In this document: positions 14,601-28,200 of the stretch, in pieces
How the letters are laid out: each line of letters begins with the position of its first letter
Numbering within the stretch: position 1 is the first letter of the stretch
Position numbers and translations under genes: made by a program
The notes under the pieces: generated by a model
Told to the model about the DNA's origin: nothing
The model's database searches: none
The model's input: the letters and a program-made list of their open reading frames with translations, nothing else
From: Balanoglossus misakiensis
Lineage: Eukaryota > Animalia > Hemichordata
Assembly (NCBI GenBank): GCA_040954595.2
Contig: CM082584.2
Span: 8,633,146-8,697,145 of the forward strand
Direction: 5' to 3'
Length of the DNA: 64,000 nucleotides

Positions 14601-17386
14601 GTCATAGTAACAACCAATTTACCTTCTACAGATGGAATGACAAGTGTGAATGCCAGTGACGGAGCATGATTTCATGCATTAATTTTCCATCAAAGTTTGA
14701 ACACATCCCCTGACTTTTCCTTGGTTTCCCACAGTGCTTTTCAAGTTATACCCATGATGCACTGGAGTGTTCCAGGGCCAACACACGCCATCCTCCATCA
14801 TATGACACTGCCCTCTACGGCAACAAGATCATCAACATTTACATGTCATCACCGGAGTGCTTCATCAGCATAAAAAAAACTCGCGCTCCATCGAGAGTAC
14901 CTATAACCTCTTCTCTTCTTTGTATTCAGTCTCTCTTCAGCTGAAATGCCTGCAGCAGTAACCGTCATAGCTGTGCCTGCTCTAAAACATACGGACGCCA
15001 TATCGCTTAATTCTGTTGACTCCGTTAATAGCAGTGCGTCCAGTCAAAGGTTGGATTTGATTGGATAATTTAATGACTTGTGTGAATAAATATACATGAA
15101 AAATACTAATAATTGTGAAGTTAAACACCACCAATATTACATCTGCAATTAATATTCCATTGCATAACCTTGACTCATATAATTTGATATATCTGCATGT
15201 TAATATAATAAATTCATCTATTTAGTTATATGTTTTGTAGCTACATAGCTGACCTGACAACTGCTTTGCATTGCCCTGTAAACTGTTAATCACAATTCCA
15301 CATGAAACCAGTACTTAGCTGCAACTCCCCGCACACAACTGCTATTTACATGTACCTGCACTAAATTCACCCCAGGGAACACACACATGAGATGGTGTAC
15401 ACATAGCTATACCCAGCTCGATCGCCTGTACACAAAGCTGTTGACCCACTGTTATCTACACATTCTTTCCCGAAAACTGCCACTTGTATAGCGTGGACAG
15501 CAGCAGTTATACACTAAATGGCCATGTCATGTTGACTGCACGGGACAGAGGGTCAAGGGTCATGCTGTCACATATTGTAGAGTGTTATCACTGTCAGGGG
15601 CAGTATATTAATGTTATACCAGGCTGTTATGGGTAATATTCCTTGCCTGGCTCACTCGGTTAGGGTGTCTTCACAATTTGCCACACCTGCCACTGTTAAT
15701 CATGTCACTGTCAAGGGTGATATCACTGATATGGCAAAGTATTGCACCCCCTAGGTCATACGGGAAATATTGTGTGCATTGGTTTTATAAAGTGCTTGCT
15801 GTACGTGGTTTTAGTTTCACATCCAGACTTTGCATGTGTGAAGTGGTGTCACTTGAATTGTTTGACATATTTACTGTCTACAGATGTGTAACATGGGTGG
15901 GGAAAATCACTTAGGTTACTAAGGTTTCATCCAGGGATAGGCTCTATGCATTTTTATTAAATGAACAGATACTTTATTACACACTTTGAATTGCATAAAT
16001 ACCACAATACCAGTCAAGGAATATACCAGTACACAATGTATAATTTTGCTGTCTAGTTTTTCTCAAATCTATCTTAAATTGATATATCTTCCCTCGATAA
16101 AAACACACAGGATTCTTAGTGTTGCAACCTGTCTAATAATTGTGACTCTGTTGGAACTTCTTGGCATCTTCACTTTACGTGAAGTAAGAAATCATACTGT
16201 AAACTGAATTCTGTTTCTTCCGGGTAGTTGTCAAGGTGATGGGTTCTCACATGCACAGATCTACATAAACATGTCTGTGCGTCTTCTTTCCCAAAACCCA
16301 GCCTGACAAGAAGCGGCTCCCAGGAAACCCTCTCCAGCACGGCCTCCAAGGACAAGGAAGACAAGGAGTTGGAGAAGCAACGGAAGAAGGAGGAGAAGGA
16401 GAGAAAGAAGCACGAGGAAAAAGAAAGGAAGGAAAGGGAAAAGAAAGAGAAAGAAGAAAAGAGATTGAAAGCATTGAAAGAAAAGGAAGAAATGAGACTA
16501 AAGAAAGAAGAGGAAAAACGAATTAGAAAAGTTTTCAATGTGAGTCGTGGGTGATGTTTTTAATGTTGAGATGAGGCATTTCATTGTCCGTCTGAATATC
16601 ATGATTCTCCATAAGAGAGCGCCATCAAGCACCCTTAAGAGATGTAGCTTTTGTTTTTTTTGTTCATAAATTGTACCTGTACCGCAGATTAAAGGAGATG
16701 AGACTCCCCAGATGCAAGGCTCGGCCATCCGCACCTACGGCGCCACAGACACTGCAAACCATCTACCCTACATCAAAGGTCAGGTGTTGTACGTCATCCG
16801 AATGGAAGGAAATCCGGAAGGGAAGTGGCTGGCAAAGAGCGAGGAAGGAAAATGTGAGTCATTCAATTCAGGATCTTGCTTTCAAAACCTGGTTGTGATA
16901 ATGTAAAATTTCAATATAGATATTGTTTCTTCACCAAATAGATGAATTACTATCTTAAATCATGTTCCCGGAAACATAGCAGTAAAATTAAATTTCTAAC
17001 TTCTAGAGTGATACTTTACTTTTTTCTTTCCTGCTTGACACAGATGGTTATGTTGATTCGGGAGACATTGCTTCCATGGATGAAACGTATGATGATGCAG
17101 AGAGCTTCCCAACACCTGATGATGGTAAGAATACTTACACAGAATTACAGTATGATGGCCCATGCATGATGAATCAACACCTCTGAATGATTGCATGTAT
17201 CTCTGTAGCTTGTCTGTTGTCTGAGAGTTATTTGATGGGTTTGGCATCCCTATTTTCCTTGACTGGGATCTAACACCTTAATGACCTGTAATCATGTATG
17301 GATTTGTTGAGATGACGGGGCTTTCCGTTTGATATCTTGCAGGAATCATGGAAGAGACGTATGAATGTGTGGACATACACATGTAA
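8656..17386 (+). CDS. FYB: FYN-binding protein (FYB/ADAP/SLAP-130)-family adaptor, 11 coding exons, about 579 aa
   Basis: Exons: 8656-8667, 10928-11618, 12589-12700, 13330-13475, 14083-14147, 14411-14475, 14930-15049, 16302-16539, 16688-16853, 17044-17124, 17343-17386. All GT-AG with compatible phases, total 1740 nt. N-terminus MAGSGGKINVRAFAEKFEQ resembles the FYB/PRAM1 N-terminal motif. Pro/Lys-rich region; EEEYDEV-like, TYDDV, VYDDV, IYETF, TYDDA and TYECV motifs. A K/E coiled coil leads into ...KRIRKVFNIKG...LPYIKGQVLYVIRMEGNPEGKWLAKSEEGKYGYV, matching the ADAP hSH3 signature (...IEIIRITDNPEGKWLGRTARGSYGYI, recalled). Confidence 0.85.
9102..9200. repeat. About 100-bp imperfect inverted repeat (hairpin/MITE-like) in FYB intron 1
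   Basis: Left arm tagttgcaagaattgaagccttggtaggctgggtggctggat pairs with right arm atctagccacccaaccaacctaccaatgctgcaattcttgcagcta around an 11-nt loop. Confidence 0.8.
13680..13762 (-). mobile_element. TTAA-flanked MITE (piggyBac-like non-autonomous element), copy 1
   Basis: ttaa|ccctttcacc...gtggaaggg|ttaa; the internal sequence is the reverse complement of the copy at 24591-24677. Confidence 0.75.
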
Positions 17387-18297
17387 CGGTGCAGTGCAAT
17401 TAATTCTTCAGTATTGACAGCACCAACAAACGAGTCCTCCTGTACCAGCCCTGAATTTTGACATCTCGCATTTCAACCACTCTCCTGCAACGTTTGAGAT
17501 GTGTACATGTACAATAGACCAATGCAATCATGTTTTCGATTTTCAAAACGGCTGTGTGCTGCCGGACATCATACAGTCTTTTTCTGATAATGAGTGTGTG
17601 TTTCTTGTTCGGATGTCACATGGCGGATCTCTGAATGTGCCCCAGAGGATTGGTGCAGGATTTTTCAGTGGGAATCCTGCAGAACGATAACAGGGTCTCC
17701 TGTAGGTTTTAGACTGCTATAGGCTTGGCTCAGGAACAGCATCTTGCAGAACTAATTAGCAGGAATAAGAGCAAGCCCATTGAACTAGAAGACCCATGAT
17801 ACCGATAACTTTATTCCCAAATAGAATATAGCAACCATACAATTTTTATACACCATGAAATATAATTCCTTTGGACTGAGCCGTTTATACTTGCCAATTT
17901 AAATAGAAACAGGCACTGGATATGGTTCAGCGTACTTGTCAAGGAGATTTTTGAAGGTTGCCAGATAGATAGATTTTGCATGATTGTGTTGAAATGTCAT
18001 TTACCAGTACTGGCATTCCAGATGGTGTTATGAACACCACTTAGAGTATTTTTTCTGTAATGCCTTCCGCGAACATTAATTTCTACATGTTCTTTACTTG
18101 ATATGGGATCAATGCCATGCGCTGGAGAAAACGAAAGACATTAGATCATAAAATGACCACTTGGTGGCGTTCTTTCATTGATGATAATGTGTTTAGAGAT
18201 ACATGTACGTGTACTTTTGTAAGTTTTAATCCATTTCATTATGTTTTCATAATTCAAACAATGAATTCACATAGAATTTCATTATTTCTGAATGAAT

Positions 18298-18355
18298 TAC
18301 TTTGCCAAGTAAAGAGGAACTTTTAATACTTTGCCAAGTAAAGAGGAACTTTTAA
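18298..18355. repeat. Perfect 29-bp tandem duplication
   Basis: tactttgccaagtaaagaggaacttttaa repeated twice, head to tail. Confidence 0.9.
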
Positions 18356-19223
18356 TACTCATGTATGATAATCATATCTAAACAAATCAATTTAGAAGAT
18401 ATCAAAATACGTTTGTTTATATTTTAATCCAGAAATCATTTGCACATATATAATCAAGAATTTACCGGTAATATACTTCTGTAATTCGTAATATGTGGAA
18501 ACCACTCGCACAATATATTTGCATAAGAAGTTCAGCATTTTGTTTTGTACTGTGCGCTTACATTATTATAAATAGAGAGGCTGGGTATCTTTGAGGGGCT
18601 TGGATGCAATTTTGTTTTTATTATTTCTATTTCAGCTTCAAAGCTATTTAAAATGTACTTCATAAATGTCATTCCATGCAAACCGTTTTATTCTATCACA
18701 TTTTCTGAAAATGGAAGTTTTCAGTGCGCTTTTGTTTGTTTTTTAAATGAGGACAAAAACATGTAAATTTTAAGCTTGTGCTCCCATTGCTGAACTTCTG
18801 TTTATCTGAAGTAGATATTAAACTCAAAACTTGAAACCTAATCTACGGTAAACACAGTTGGATGTGTTTTTTTATATATTTTAAACATCACTTTTATCAA
18901 TATAGGAGGTTCAACCAGCCAAAGACAATAAAATGGTTACTATCATTCACATTGATTCATCTCTTGCCATTATTTCAATACATATAAACTGTGTGGTGAT
19001 ATTTTGTCTGATTTTTCCGATGACACAATCTGCCCAATGTACTCATTCGTGGTATAAAGTGATCCCTCGTACTACGTCCACGTACATGACGGACCTCTCA
19101 GGACCTCACATAGCGGACAGTACATCTAATTAATATTCATGAACCGCTTCTCCAATGAGATGGCAACTTCATTTCCGGTTTCCCTCTTCGATGGAAAACT
19201 TGACAGAATAAAGATCGCGGACA

Positions 19224-22200
19224 ATGGCGGCCATGTCGACGGTGAGGCCGAACTTCAGCGCATTTGTTTTCTGTTTCTTGTGTTTCTGGCCGTCAGGTGA
19301 GTACCTCAGTGTGATTTCGAGAAAGCGAAGTTGCGATAGCTTTGGCATAGGTATCCCAGCGTCCATGTAAAGTCGCGGACGCGCGCGTCATCAGTTTTTG
19401 GGAGTGAGATGAACGCGTACGCGTAACTCGCTGTGTAGTGTGTGCGATCACCATCGCGGCGGTGTTGCCTTGGTCTGTGACCGCTCCTCAGATCAGATCA
19501 ATCTTTTGTCACGGGGAAAACGCCGTGGTCTGATCACTTGAGTTTAACTTTATGTCACAGAATCGGGGTCTTAATTTCGTGTCTGCGTCCAAGAATGTGG
19601 CTAAGTTTTTGTGAAATGACGTCACTATCATAAGGGAAACCACGTCTTTCCTATCTCTGAGTGCCGAGCCCGAGTGACCCCATTGTTTTGATGAATTCTG
19701 ACTCATTTTGAGGAAACCTCAAATCTGTTGGCCGTCTGTTCTTTCATTGAGGAAGTTCACACGCCCCACAACGTGTGTCAATTCGAAATAGTGACTCTTG
19801 TCATTCACGATTTGCCTATATTTCGATGTTGGGGAATGACCTCCACATGGACATTTTCCATAATGAATGTGCAATAAACAGCTGATGACTTAGTATGTTT
19901 CAGTGTTTGTGTTAGGCTAGTTGTTTGTGTAAGGAAACCGAATCGCTGAAGTATATACAGGGGCACTGTTTTGCGGAAATATACCTATTTAATAGTCTTG
20001 GATCTTATTTAGTCTGTGTGGCCACATTTTTCGTCCCCAGTACTGCTTCACGCGCCCCTCCCTAGATCCCTGATACCAAATGCATATATGTCACTAGGTG
20101 TAAACACCGTGGGGCCCAGCACTGCATAGACATCAGTAAGACTAAAATGCCCTACCATGACCTAAAGGCCAAAACCACTCCATAGTCACCACCAAAAGTG
20201 GTACAAATTTTTCAATGGCCTCACACCAAATTCATAGCCTGAAAGAAAGTCCCGAAATATGACATCATTTTGAGCAAATTTATTCAAATTTTTTCCTTGT
20301 AGATGGGCTCAGCTGACCCAATTACCTTTACACTGGTGTATAACTGATTCGATTGATTGACCCCATTGTTGCCACAGTGGAATGTTTGCCCTTATAGGGG
20401 ATCTGGATATACATGAAGGGATTGCCAACCTGTCCTGTTGGTAAACACTTAAAATGATAAAAATGTGTAAATCTAATACACATATGATTGTAGTTACCAG
20501 CTGCACTGTAAACATTATCTCGTGCCTTCTGTTTGACATCATTTATTGTTTAATTTTAACAGGATACAGTTTCTTTACATTTTTATGTGGCCAAATCATA
20601 GTATAGTCAATTTGAAAGCAATCTCAGACCTGCACTTGTATTTAAAGCAATATATCACCTCATGAGTCACTTTCCTGTTTCGAAGCCATTCTTGTCATGG
20701 ACTTTGTCCTGCTGAAAGGGATGTGTGCATTGTTAAGAGTTTAATCTAGCTGTGCAGTGACTAGTCTAGTATCTAGCCTTGTTTTGTCTGCTTTGCTTCA
20801 AAAACTAAAGCACGGCAGAAAAAAATGGCTATATACTATGCAGTGACATCCTTTTGCTGATTTTCATTCAGAGAGAGAGAGGGAGAGAGAAAAGTGAGAC
20901 AGACAAAAATACAGAGGGGCAGACAAACAGAAAGAGATGAACAGAGGTAGACAGACAGAGTAAGGCAGACAAAATTACAGAGGCAGATCCTGAGACGGAT
21001 GGGTGGACAGACAGACAGACAGACAGACATACAAGCAAACACAGACAGAGGCAGTCAGAGGCAGATAGACAGACAGACAAACAAACAGAAAGAGACAGAC
21101 AGACGATGGCTTCCGGTTTGCCTGCAGACTCATTACGAGTAAACATAATTGACATATATGTTACACAAGAGAAATCTCGGTGGTTGAAAAGCAACACAGT
21201 AATCAGAAAGGGATGTGTTGACTCAATGGAATAAGTGTCCGGTTTCAATGATAAGGATTTATAGTTGAAGTGTTTGATTACAGTAAGGGGCCCCCACAAG
21301 TCTTATGTCATTATGGGAGGTGCTGTTGCTAGCTGAACCTGTACTGTACTTTTCTGTGTTTGAAATGTTGTAAAACTTACATGTTGATAAACAGTGCACT
21401 CTCCTAGCCCCCTTGCTGTAGGTCACTTCAAAACTCTTTCCACACTTCGAACTTTTGTATCTCTTCACACTCCATGGAATCTGTGCATATAGTGTAGTTT
21501 ACATTGTATCACTACATTCCTCCTGATAGTGTACCCAGAATTCATCTTGTTTATCTTCAGTCGCATTCTTAAAGAATTGAATCAGAGATATGGACAATGT
21601 TTGAAACAGTGGTGATAAAAGAAAATGTTCTTCAGGGGAGCGTAGGTTTAAATACTGGGTTTGGTTGAGGACTATTTAGGGATGTTTATAATGCATGAGG
21701 CTTAGTCCTTGAAGCAGTTTGCATGCTATATTATGTTTTAAGGCATATACCATAGATGGCATTTATGTTTGTATAAGATTGTGTTAAGACCAGATATTTA
21801 ACTTTAATTGGAATACAACACAGTGATTTTATTTGTCTACTTTCTAAAATAAAGTCACATCTGTTATATTTCAGGTGCTTTATCGGAACTTATATTCTGG
21901 AATGAGAATCCCACCTCAAGCAAAGACTCCACCTTTGTATTCGGTTGCTTGGCAACTGGCTCCCACAAGGATGAAACTGTGACATTCGGGAGAAAAATTA
22001 AAATACACGACAGAGAAACAAGGACTGAGTATGCGTCTGACAAGGCAGACACGTCCAACACCACTTTGCCGGATGACAGTGGATTTCCTCCGGGATCCGT
22101 GATATCTGTAAACAGCGATGACAGCTTTACATTTCACAAGATTTATATGCCGAAGGGAAAAGTGGGAAAGACAGGGATTTTCTACTGTAGAGTGGAGGAA

Positions 22201-25200
22201 ACAGAAGTTATTTCAGTGATCAATCCTCTACAATCTGAAGGTACAGTGAAAAGTTCTTGAGGGGGTTGTTGTACATGTATGATATCAAGGGAAATATGGT
22301 GTTTGACCTCTGACCTCAAACCTCCACTGAGCAAAAATTCAGGAAAGGAACAAAGGAACTGTACATTGAATGTTTTGATGTTATTCATTCTTGTAGCTGA
22401 CCTTGTTCCTGACAAGTACAGCATTACTGTAGATCGGAACCAAACAACTGAGCTGGTTGTCAATGTCACATCTAGCGATGGATCCCGTTCGAAACTGCAC
22501 TGGCGACATGACAATGAACACAAATCAGACTTTGACGGCAACATTATGGTGTCTGTCAGTGGCGTAGAAGCAGACGCTGGGAGTTATGAAGCGCGTTTGA
22601 AGAAGAAAAGGTACAACGATACGCAGGCCTTCATGCAGCTTTATGTCAGGGGTAAGTTGTACTACTTATGAACTGGGCCAAATTTCAATCGGAATTATAA
22701 GTTTTACAAGTGAGCTGGAGAATTTTATCTCTGTTTTCATCGTCTTGGAGTCAAAATACCAATACACTGCCTCACACTGATACTGATTGCATACTATGGT
22801 AGTATTGCATAAAATCTACATGAGTCATAGTCTAATGTGTTTAGTCTTGTGCATTTTGACCCTTTCACCTCTTTAGAGGTCCAGCCCCACCATAGAAAAC
22901 AATGGGTTTGGACTGAACCAAGGTGGTGAAAGGGTTAAGACGGCTTAGAATAGTTTGTGCCAGTGTTGATCATGCAACCTGTAACACTGGATTTTGTCTG
23001 TACACAGAATGTGGTGCCGGTAAGTGGGGAGACGACTGCAGCAGCGAGTGCCCGGTCTGTCACAATGGTGGTGTGTGTAGTAATGAAGGAACGTGTATCT
23101 GCGCACCTGGATTCAAAGGTGACAACTGTGAGACTGGTAGGTCGTATTCTTGGACATCTCCTGACGTGTTACGCATCAGATAAGTTTATCTGTACACATT
23201 ACGAGTAAGTCATTGGAAAATGTTTTATAAAATTTTGCCGAATGTTCTTTTATATTCAGGTTGTCCTTTTGGGTTCTTCGGATCAAACTGCAAGATCTCG
23301 TGCAAAGCCGTATCGCAAGTCAATTTAGAGGGAAAAATGTGTCGTGGTCATTTCGTCTGTCAGCAAGCGCCGTATGGCTGCTCATGTGTGGCAGGATATG
23401 CAGGCAAGGATTGTATGACAGGTATGTATTTATTTGTGATGATTTTGAAGGAGAGCAACAGTAGTGCTTGTAATCCAATCAATGCATGAAAGATCATTGT
23501 ACACATACTTTTGAATTATCTCATAAAACATAGAAATATTAAATGTTGATATCCCACGAGAAATGTGATAGTGGGTCTTACAGTGAAGGATGTACTCAGA
23601 AGTGTCATTTTTGTAAGAAAAAGAAATGCTACCCAGAAACGGGACGTTGTGAAACTGCTTGTAAATCTGACAGGACTGAACCCCAGTGTGTCGGTAAGTT
23701 AGCAAGTACGCAATACAGTTATTCTGATTCTGTTTTGAGTTTTCATAATGACATGTAAGGTCATCAATTCTCAATATTCAACCCTCAGCACCATCAACCA
23801 CTGCGGCGCCTACTACTGCAAGGTTATCTACAGCCCCTCCTGAACCGCTCAGGTTGGCATCGGCTCCGACCGTGGACGGCCTGACGGCCACGAGTATGAG
23901 AGTGTCATGGCGACCGTGGGACGGCACGACCGATCCGGGATCCGGCCCCGTGTCGGGGTACGTGGTGTGGTTCCGGACGTCGGGAGAGTCCTGGCAGCGC
24001 ACCGAGGAGACAGATCCGGAGACAACGGAGATCACTGTATCATCCCTGCAACCGAACACCGAGTACAAAGTAGCAGTGCAGGTTGTAGGCGATTCGGATG
24101 ACAGCAACGATGTTGTGAGAAGTCCGAGAACAGAGAGTACAACTCTTTGTGGCAGTAAGTACATTGGTGGACTTTGTATTTATAATACTGGACAACACTG
24201 ATCAAAGCTACATTTGTATTTCTTATTTTCTTATGAAAAGGAGAATATCGACCAACAATTAAATATAGTGGCATTCACACTATTCCATCGACACATGAAA
24301 GTACACTTGTATGCTTTGTATCAATGAATTATCTATAGTCATTCATAACACCACACAGTTACCACATCACAGTCACTGTTTTCATGACTATTTACCCAAA
24401 CTCTCTCCTCCCCCTTTCTCTCGCTCAACAGGTCCCACAGTGTCTCCATCAATTCAGAGTGTCAAGGCTACGGGCCCAAGAAGTTTGAAAGTCACTTGGC
24501 AGGTGAGAGGCAAATTAAGACATTGAGAAATGGGTTGCCAAAGATGCTGCTCACATTCTTGATTTATGTACTTCGTGCCTACTTCATTAACCCTTTCACC
24601 GCCATGGTTCAGTCCAAATCCATTTTTTTCTATGGTAAAGTTGGACCTCTAAAGAGGGAACTGGGGGGGTGAAAGGGTTAATATAGTGACACTGGTCAGA
24701 ACATGCAACTGGCTTTAATGTGACTTGCCCTACCATGTTTTGCTCCTGATGGACATGCATGCAGTAATCCATGGACTTAGTCGAGTCTGATTGGATAGTG
24801 CATCGAGTAATTTGCCTGTTGTTTTCTCCTCACAGGTGTCGGATCTTAACGAGGAGAGCCTTCAGTGCGGTATGGATACAGCTAAATTTAACATCACTGT
24901 CGAAGAAACCATGTCACCAGTTAGTGTATCATTATCCCTGAGGGAAAGCGAAGTCAGTGATCTGGAGCCGTGCACAAATTACACCATTCGGATGAGCGTG
25001 GGGAACGGTTATCAAGAAGGTCCTCAGAGTCAGTCGGTTGTTGGACGAACCAACCCCGAAGGTTTGTATGATGGATGCTAAGATGCGTTGACTCATTTTG
25101 GCGTTAGAATCACTGATCATTTCTTTACCCAATAAGTACATGTAGCTATATTTGCTGACCTACATACCCTGAGCGACTGATTGTGGCTTGTGGAACCCCC

Positions 25201-28200
25201 AACACCTATGGTTAGTTACATTATTCACATATTTTTTGTTCTCACGTAGATCCAGTGAAAAGCAAGGATTTGGCGGTCACTGTGGACACACAGACATCAA
25301 CAAGTCTGAAAGTATCTTGGACCAAGCCAGACTTGTGTGCAGACCTGTATAACTATACCGTCAGATACAAAGTGGTGTCTCGCGATATGTGTTCATCGCC
25401 GCAAGACCCTTACTCAGATCCCTACTACACGGATGGCAGTGAGATCGCTTTGCAGAACCTGTTTGCAAATACCAAGTACAAGGTCGAAGTGTATACGATG
25501 CTCGGTGATAACGAGGGAAAATGGAATAGAGAGGATGGTGTCACAGCACAAGCGGGTGAGTTAGACCTCTTTGATGTGGGAATGGAATACATGTAACTCA
25601 ATCAAAAATTTTGTAACACGGCCCAACACTGAACTATCATGAGTAACATAATCTGTCTTATCACCTTTAGCTCCCAGTGGACCACCTCAAAACATTAATG
25701 TGACTGCAACTTCAAACACCCTCAACTTCACCTGGGACCCTCCCGCTTGTGGAATGAGAAATGGTGAGATCAACCAGTACCGTGTTAAATTTGTCAAAGT
25801 GAAAGAGTTTGGAAAGAAGACAATTTCTGAAGAGAAAATAAACGCCACAGATATTGAATTCAGTGGTTTGACGCCTTATTCTCGATATGACTTTGAAGTC
25901 CAAGCTGGAAATAGAGAAGGATTTGGACCCTACAGTGAGCCGGTGAAAATCACCACACTAGAGTCCAGTAAGTCGAACAGTATGAGTAATAACTATCTCC
26001 AGCATTTTGATTTGTTTTGGCGTACGATCCAATATGGCCGCCCTCTTGTTGTTTTGCAAAGTTTGTCTGGAGCCATTACTGAGACATGTCTAGATCAATT
26101 TCATTCAAACTTGGCACATGTTGCCTTGACCTTTCTAGGAAAACAAAAGCAGCCTCACATTGATATGATATCCTTCCGTGATGTCGTTTATCACTCAACA
26201 TTTTTTTTGCCTTTTTTCCGTGCAGATCCAGATCAACCCACAAACCTCACAGCTACAGGCAAGACAAACACGTCGGTGACGCTGCAATGGGGAATCCCCG
26301 AAAGGCCAAACGGCAGAATTATACGATACTCAGTTGAGTGGCAGAATAAAGAAAATGGTGATCATGGTAAAGTAGATCTGGAACAGAATTTGCAGAAAAC
26401 AATGACATTCAAAATGGAAGGACTGAGTAGTTTCACTGGATACACATTTTACGTAAGTACATGCATTGGCTAGCTTCACACCCAGTTTACCAATGAAACT
26501 ATGACTACGGGGCCTGCTAAGGCTTAATTGCAGACCACTAGTTGTCATACCAATTTTCCAGCAATATTGCTCAGCAATTGGATTTTGAAAATAACGTCTC
26601 AACTAAAGATCAGAGCTGTGATTAACGATTATACTAGAGCACTTGATGTCAAACAAGCCAATGTAATTTTCAAATGCCCATGTCCTCCACTGAAGCTATA
26701 CGGCTACCAACCACAGCCACTGTCACGGTGTAAAATGTACATTCATGTCACGATCTATTTGCTTGCAGGTTTATGCTCACACATCCGTAGGACGAGGAAG
26801 ATTCAGCGATATACCGGATATAAGAACAGACATGGGAGGTAGAGAAAAAATTGTTTTATTATAAAATAGTACGACAAACTATCTCAGATTGTCTCTGAAG
26901 TTTAAAAAATTATATTTTGTATTTATTTAGCCTCTATGAATTTTTTTGCAGTTCCCAGCAGACCACTCAACTTGCAATTTAAAGAAAGAGGCCAAACATT
27001 CATTACACTAGTTTGGGAATCACCTGCTCAAAAAGGTGGCGACATCAAATACAAGGTATGTCATTTTTGAAATGTTTGCTGACACTGGACAGGCCTTGCG
27101 GTTTGGCCAGATTTCCGTGAGGTGACCACACATCCATTCCTTGGTTGGAAAACTTATGAATATACATTATTTAAGAATTATCTGTATTTTATTCTGCTTC
27201 AGATTCGCGTGGAATTTGTGGAGAGTCTCTACAACATCATGGAACTTCAAAAGAACGAACTGATGTACGAGACGGCCGAGCAAAAATACCGAGTGCCGGA
27301 TCTGTTGGCCAGTACCGCGTACGAAATATCCGTCTGTGCGTTCACGGTCGTCGGAGCTGGAGGTTGGTCGGATCCGATCAGAGTGACGACTAAGATCCAA
27401 GGTGAGTCAGTCACCACTTGCAATCTATCAGTGTTGGTAAGAGCTTGTCACCAGGGATCATAGTCTCGTAGAAAACCTGAGACAGTCTTGGATGTGAAAT
27501 CTTTCTTTGAATGTCCTCATCAATCCTATAAAAATTGAGGTTGTCATATTTTGAGATGATGAAATAACACAGTGAGTGCTGTGTGTGTTTGTTTGTAGCA
27601 CCTGACATCTCGGAGATCATTCCTCCGGTGATAGTCGGCAAAGTAACTGCTTCCACACTGAAGGTCAAACTGCAGAACATTGAGAGCAGCACTGCTCCCA
27701 TCAGGTATGTCGTATAAATTGTATTCTTTGTTATTTGAAAGTTGAAATACAACGACTGATCCTTAGATAAGCCACCATTTTTTCATGCCTTCCTGTTCCT
27801 CCAATTTTTTCCAGTGCATACAAATTATTAGTGAATAGAACAGACACAACCAGGCGACGTCGAGACACAAGCAATCTGGGACACAACGGTTGGATATTGT
27901 TGGATTATTACGGTGCCTTGACCCAGGGATTGCCGTACTATATCACAGCCGAGTTTATTGGGAATCAAACATTGCCAGAGATATTCATCGTTGGAAATGA
28001 AGAGGTGTATCGCGGTTTCTACAATGCACCTCTAGTGCCCAATGCTCAGTATCAGCTTCATCTTGTCGTCGTGTCCGCCACTGCCGAGGTAAGGTTTGTC
28101 GTACGGTGAAATGAAATGTCTCTGAAACCAATGTTAAGATACGCTTTAGAGGAAAGTTTTACTCTTGTTCTTTATCGCCTTGGCTACCATAACCTATGAA

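Noticed and set aside
20836-21299. Cys/Leu/Ser/Val-rich ORFs (also 48927-49204)
   Set aside because: Translations of (TCTG/CAGA)n microsatellites.
21875-24154. Calling the gene a Tie/TEK receptor tyrosine kinase
   Set aside because: No kinase motifs (GxGxxG, HRDLAARN, DFG) anywhere; the phase-compatible downstream exons lead to a TM and PTP domains.
24591-24677. Idea that the 87-bp satellite derives from the 87-bp MITE
   Set aside because: Only the length and a short ccatgg..tt..gtccaaa resemblance are shared; the satellite has no TIR or TTAA remnants.
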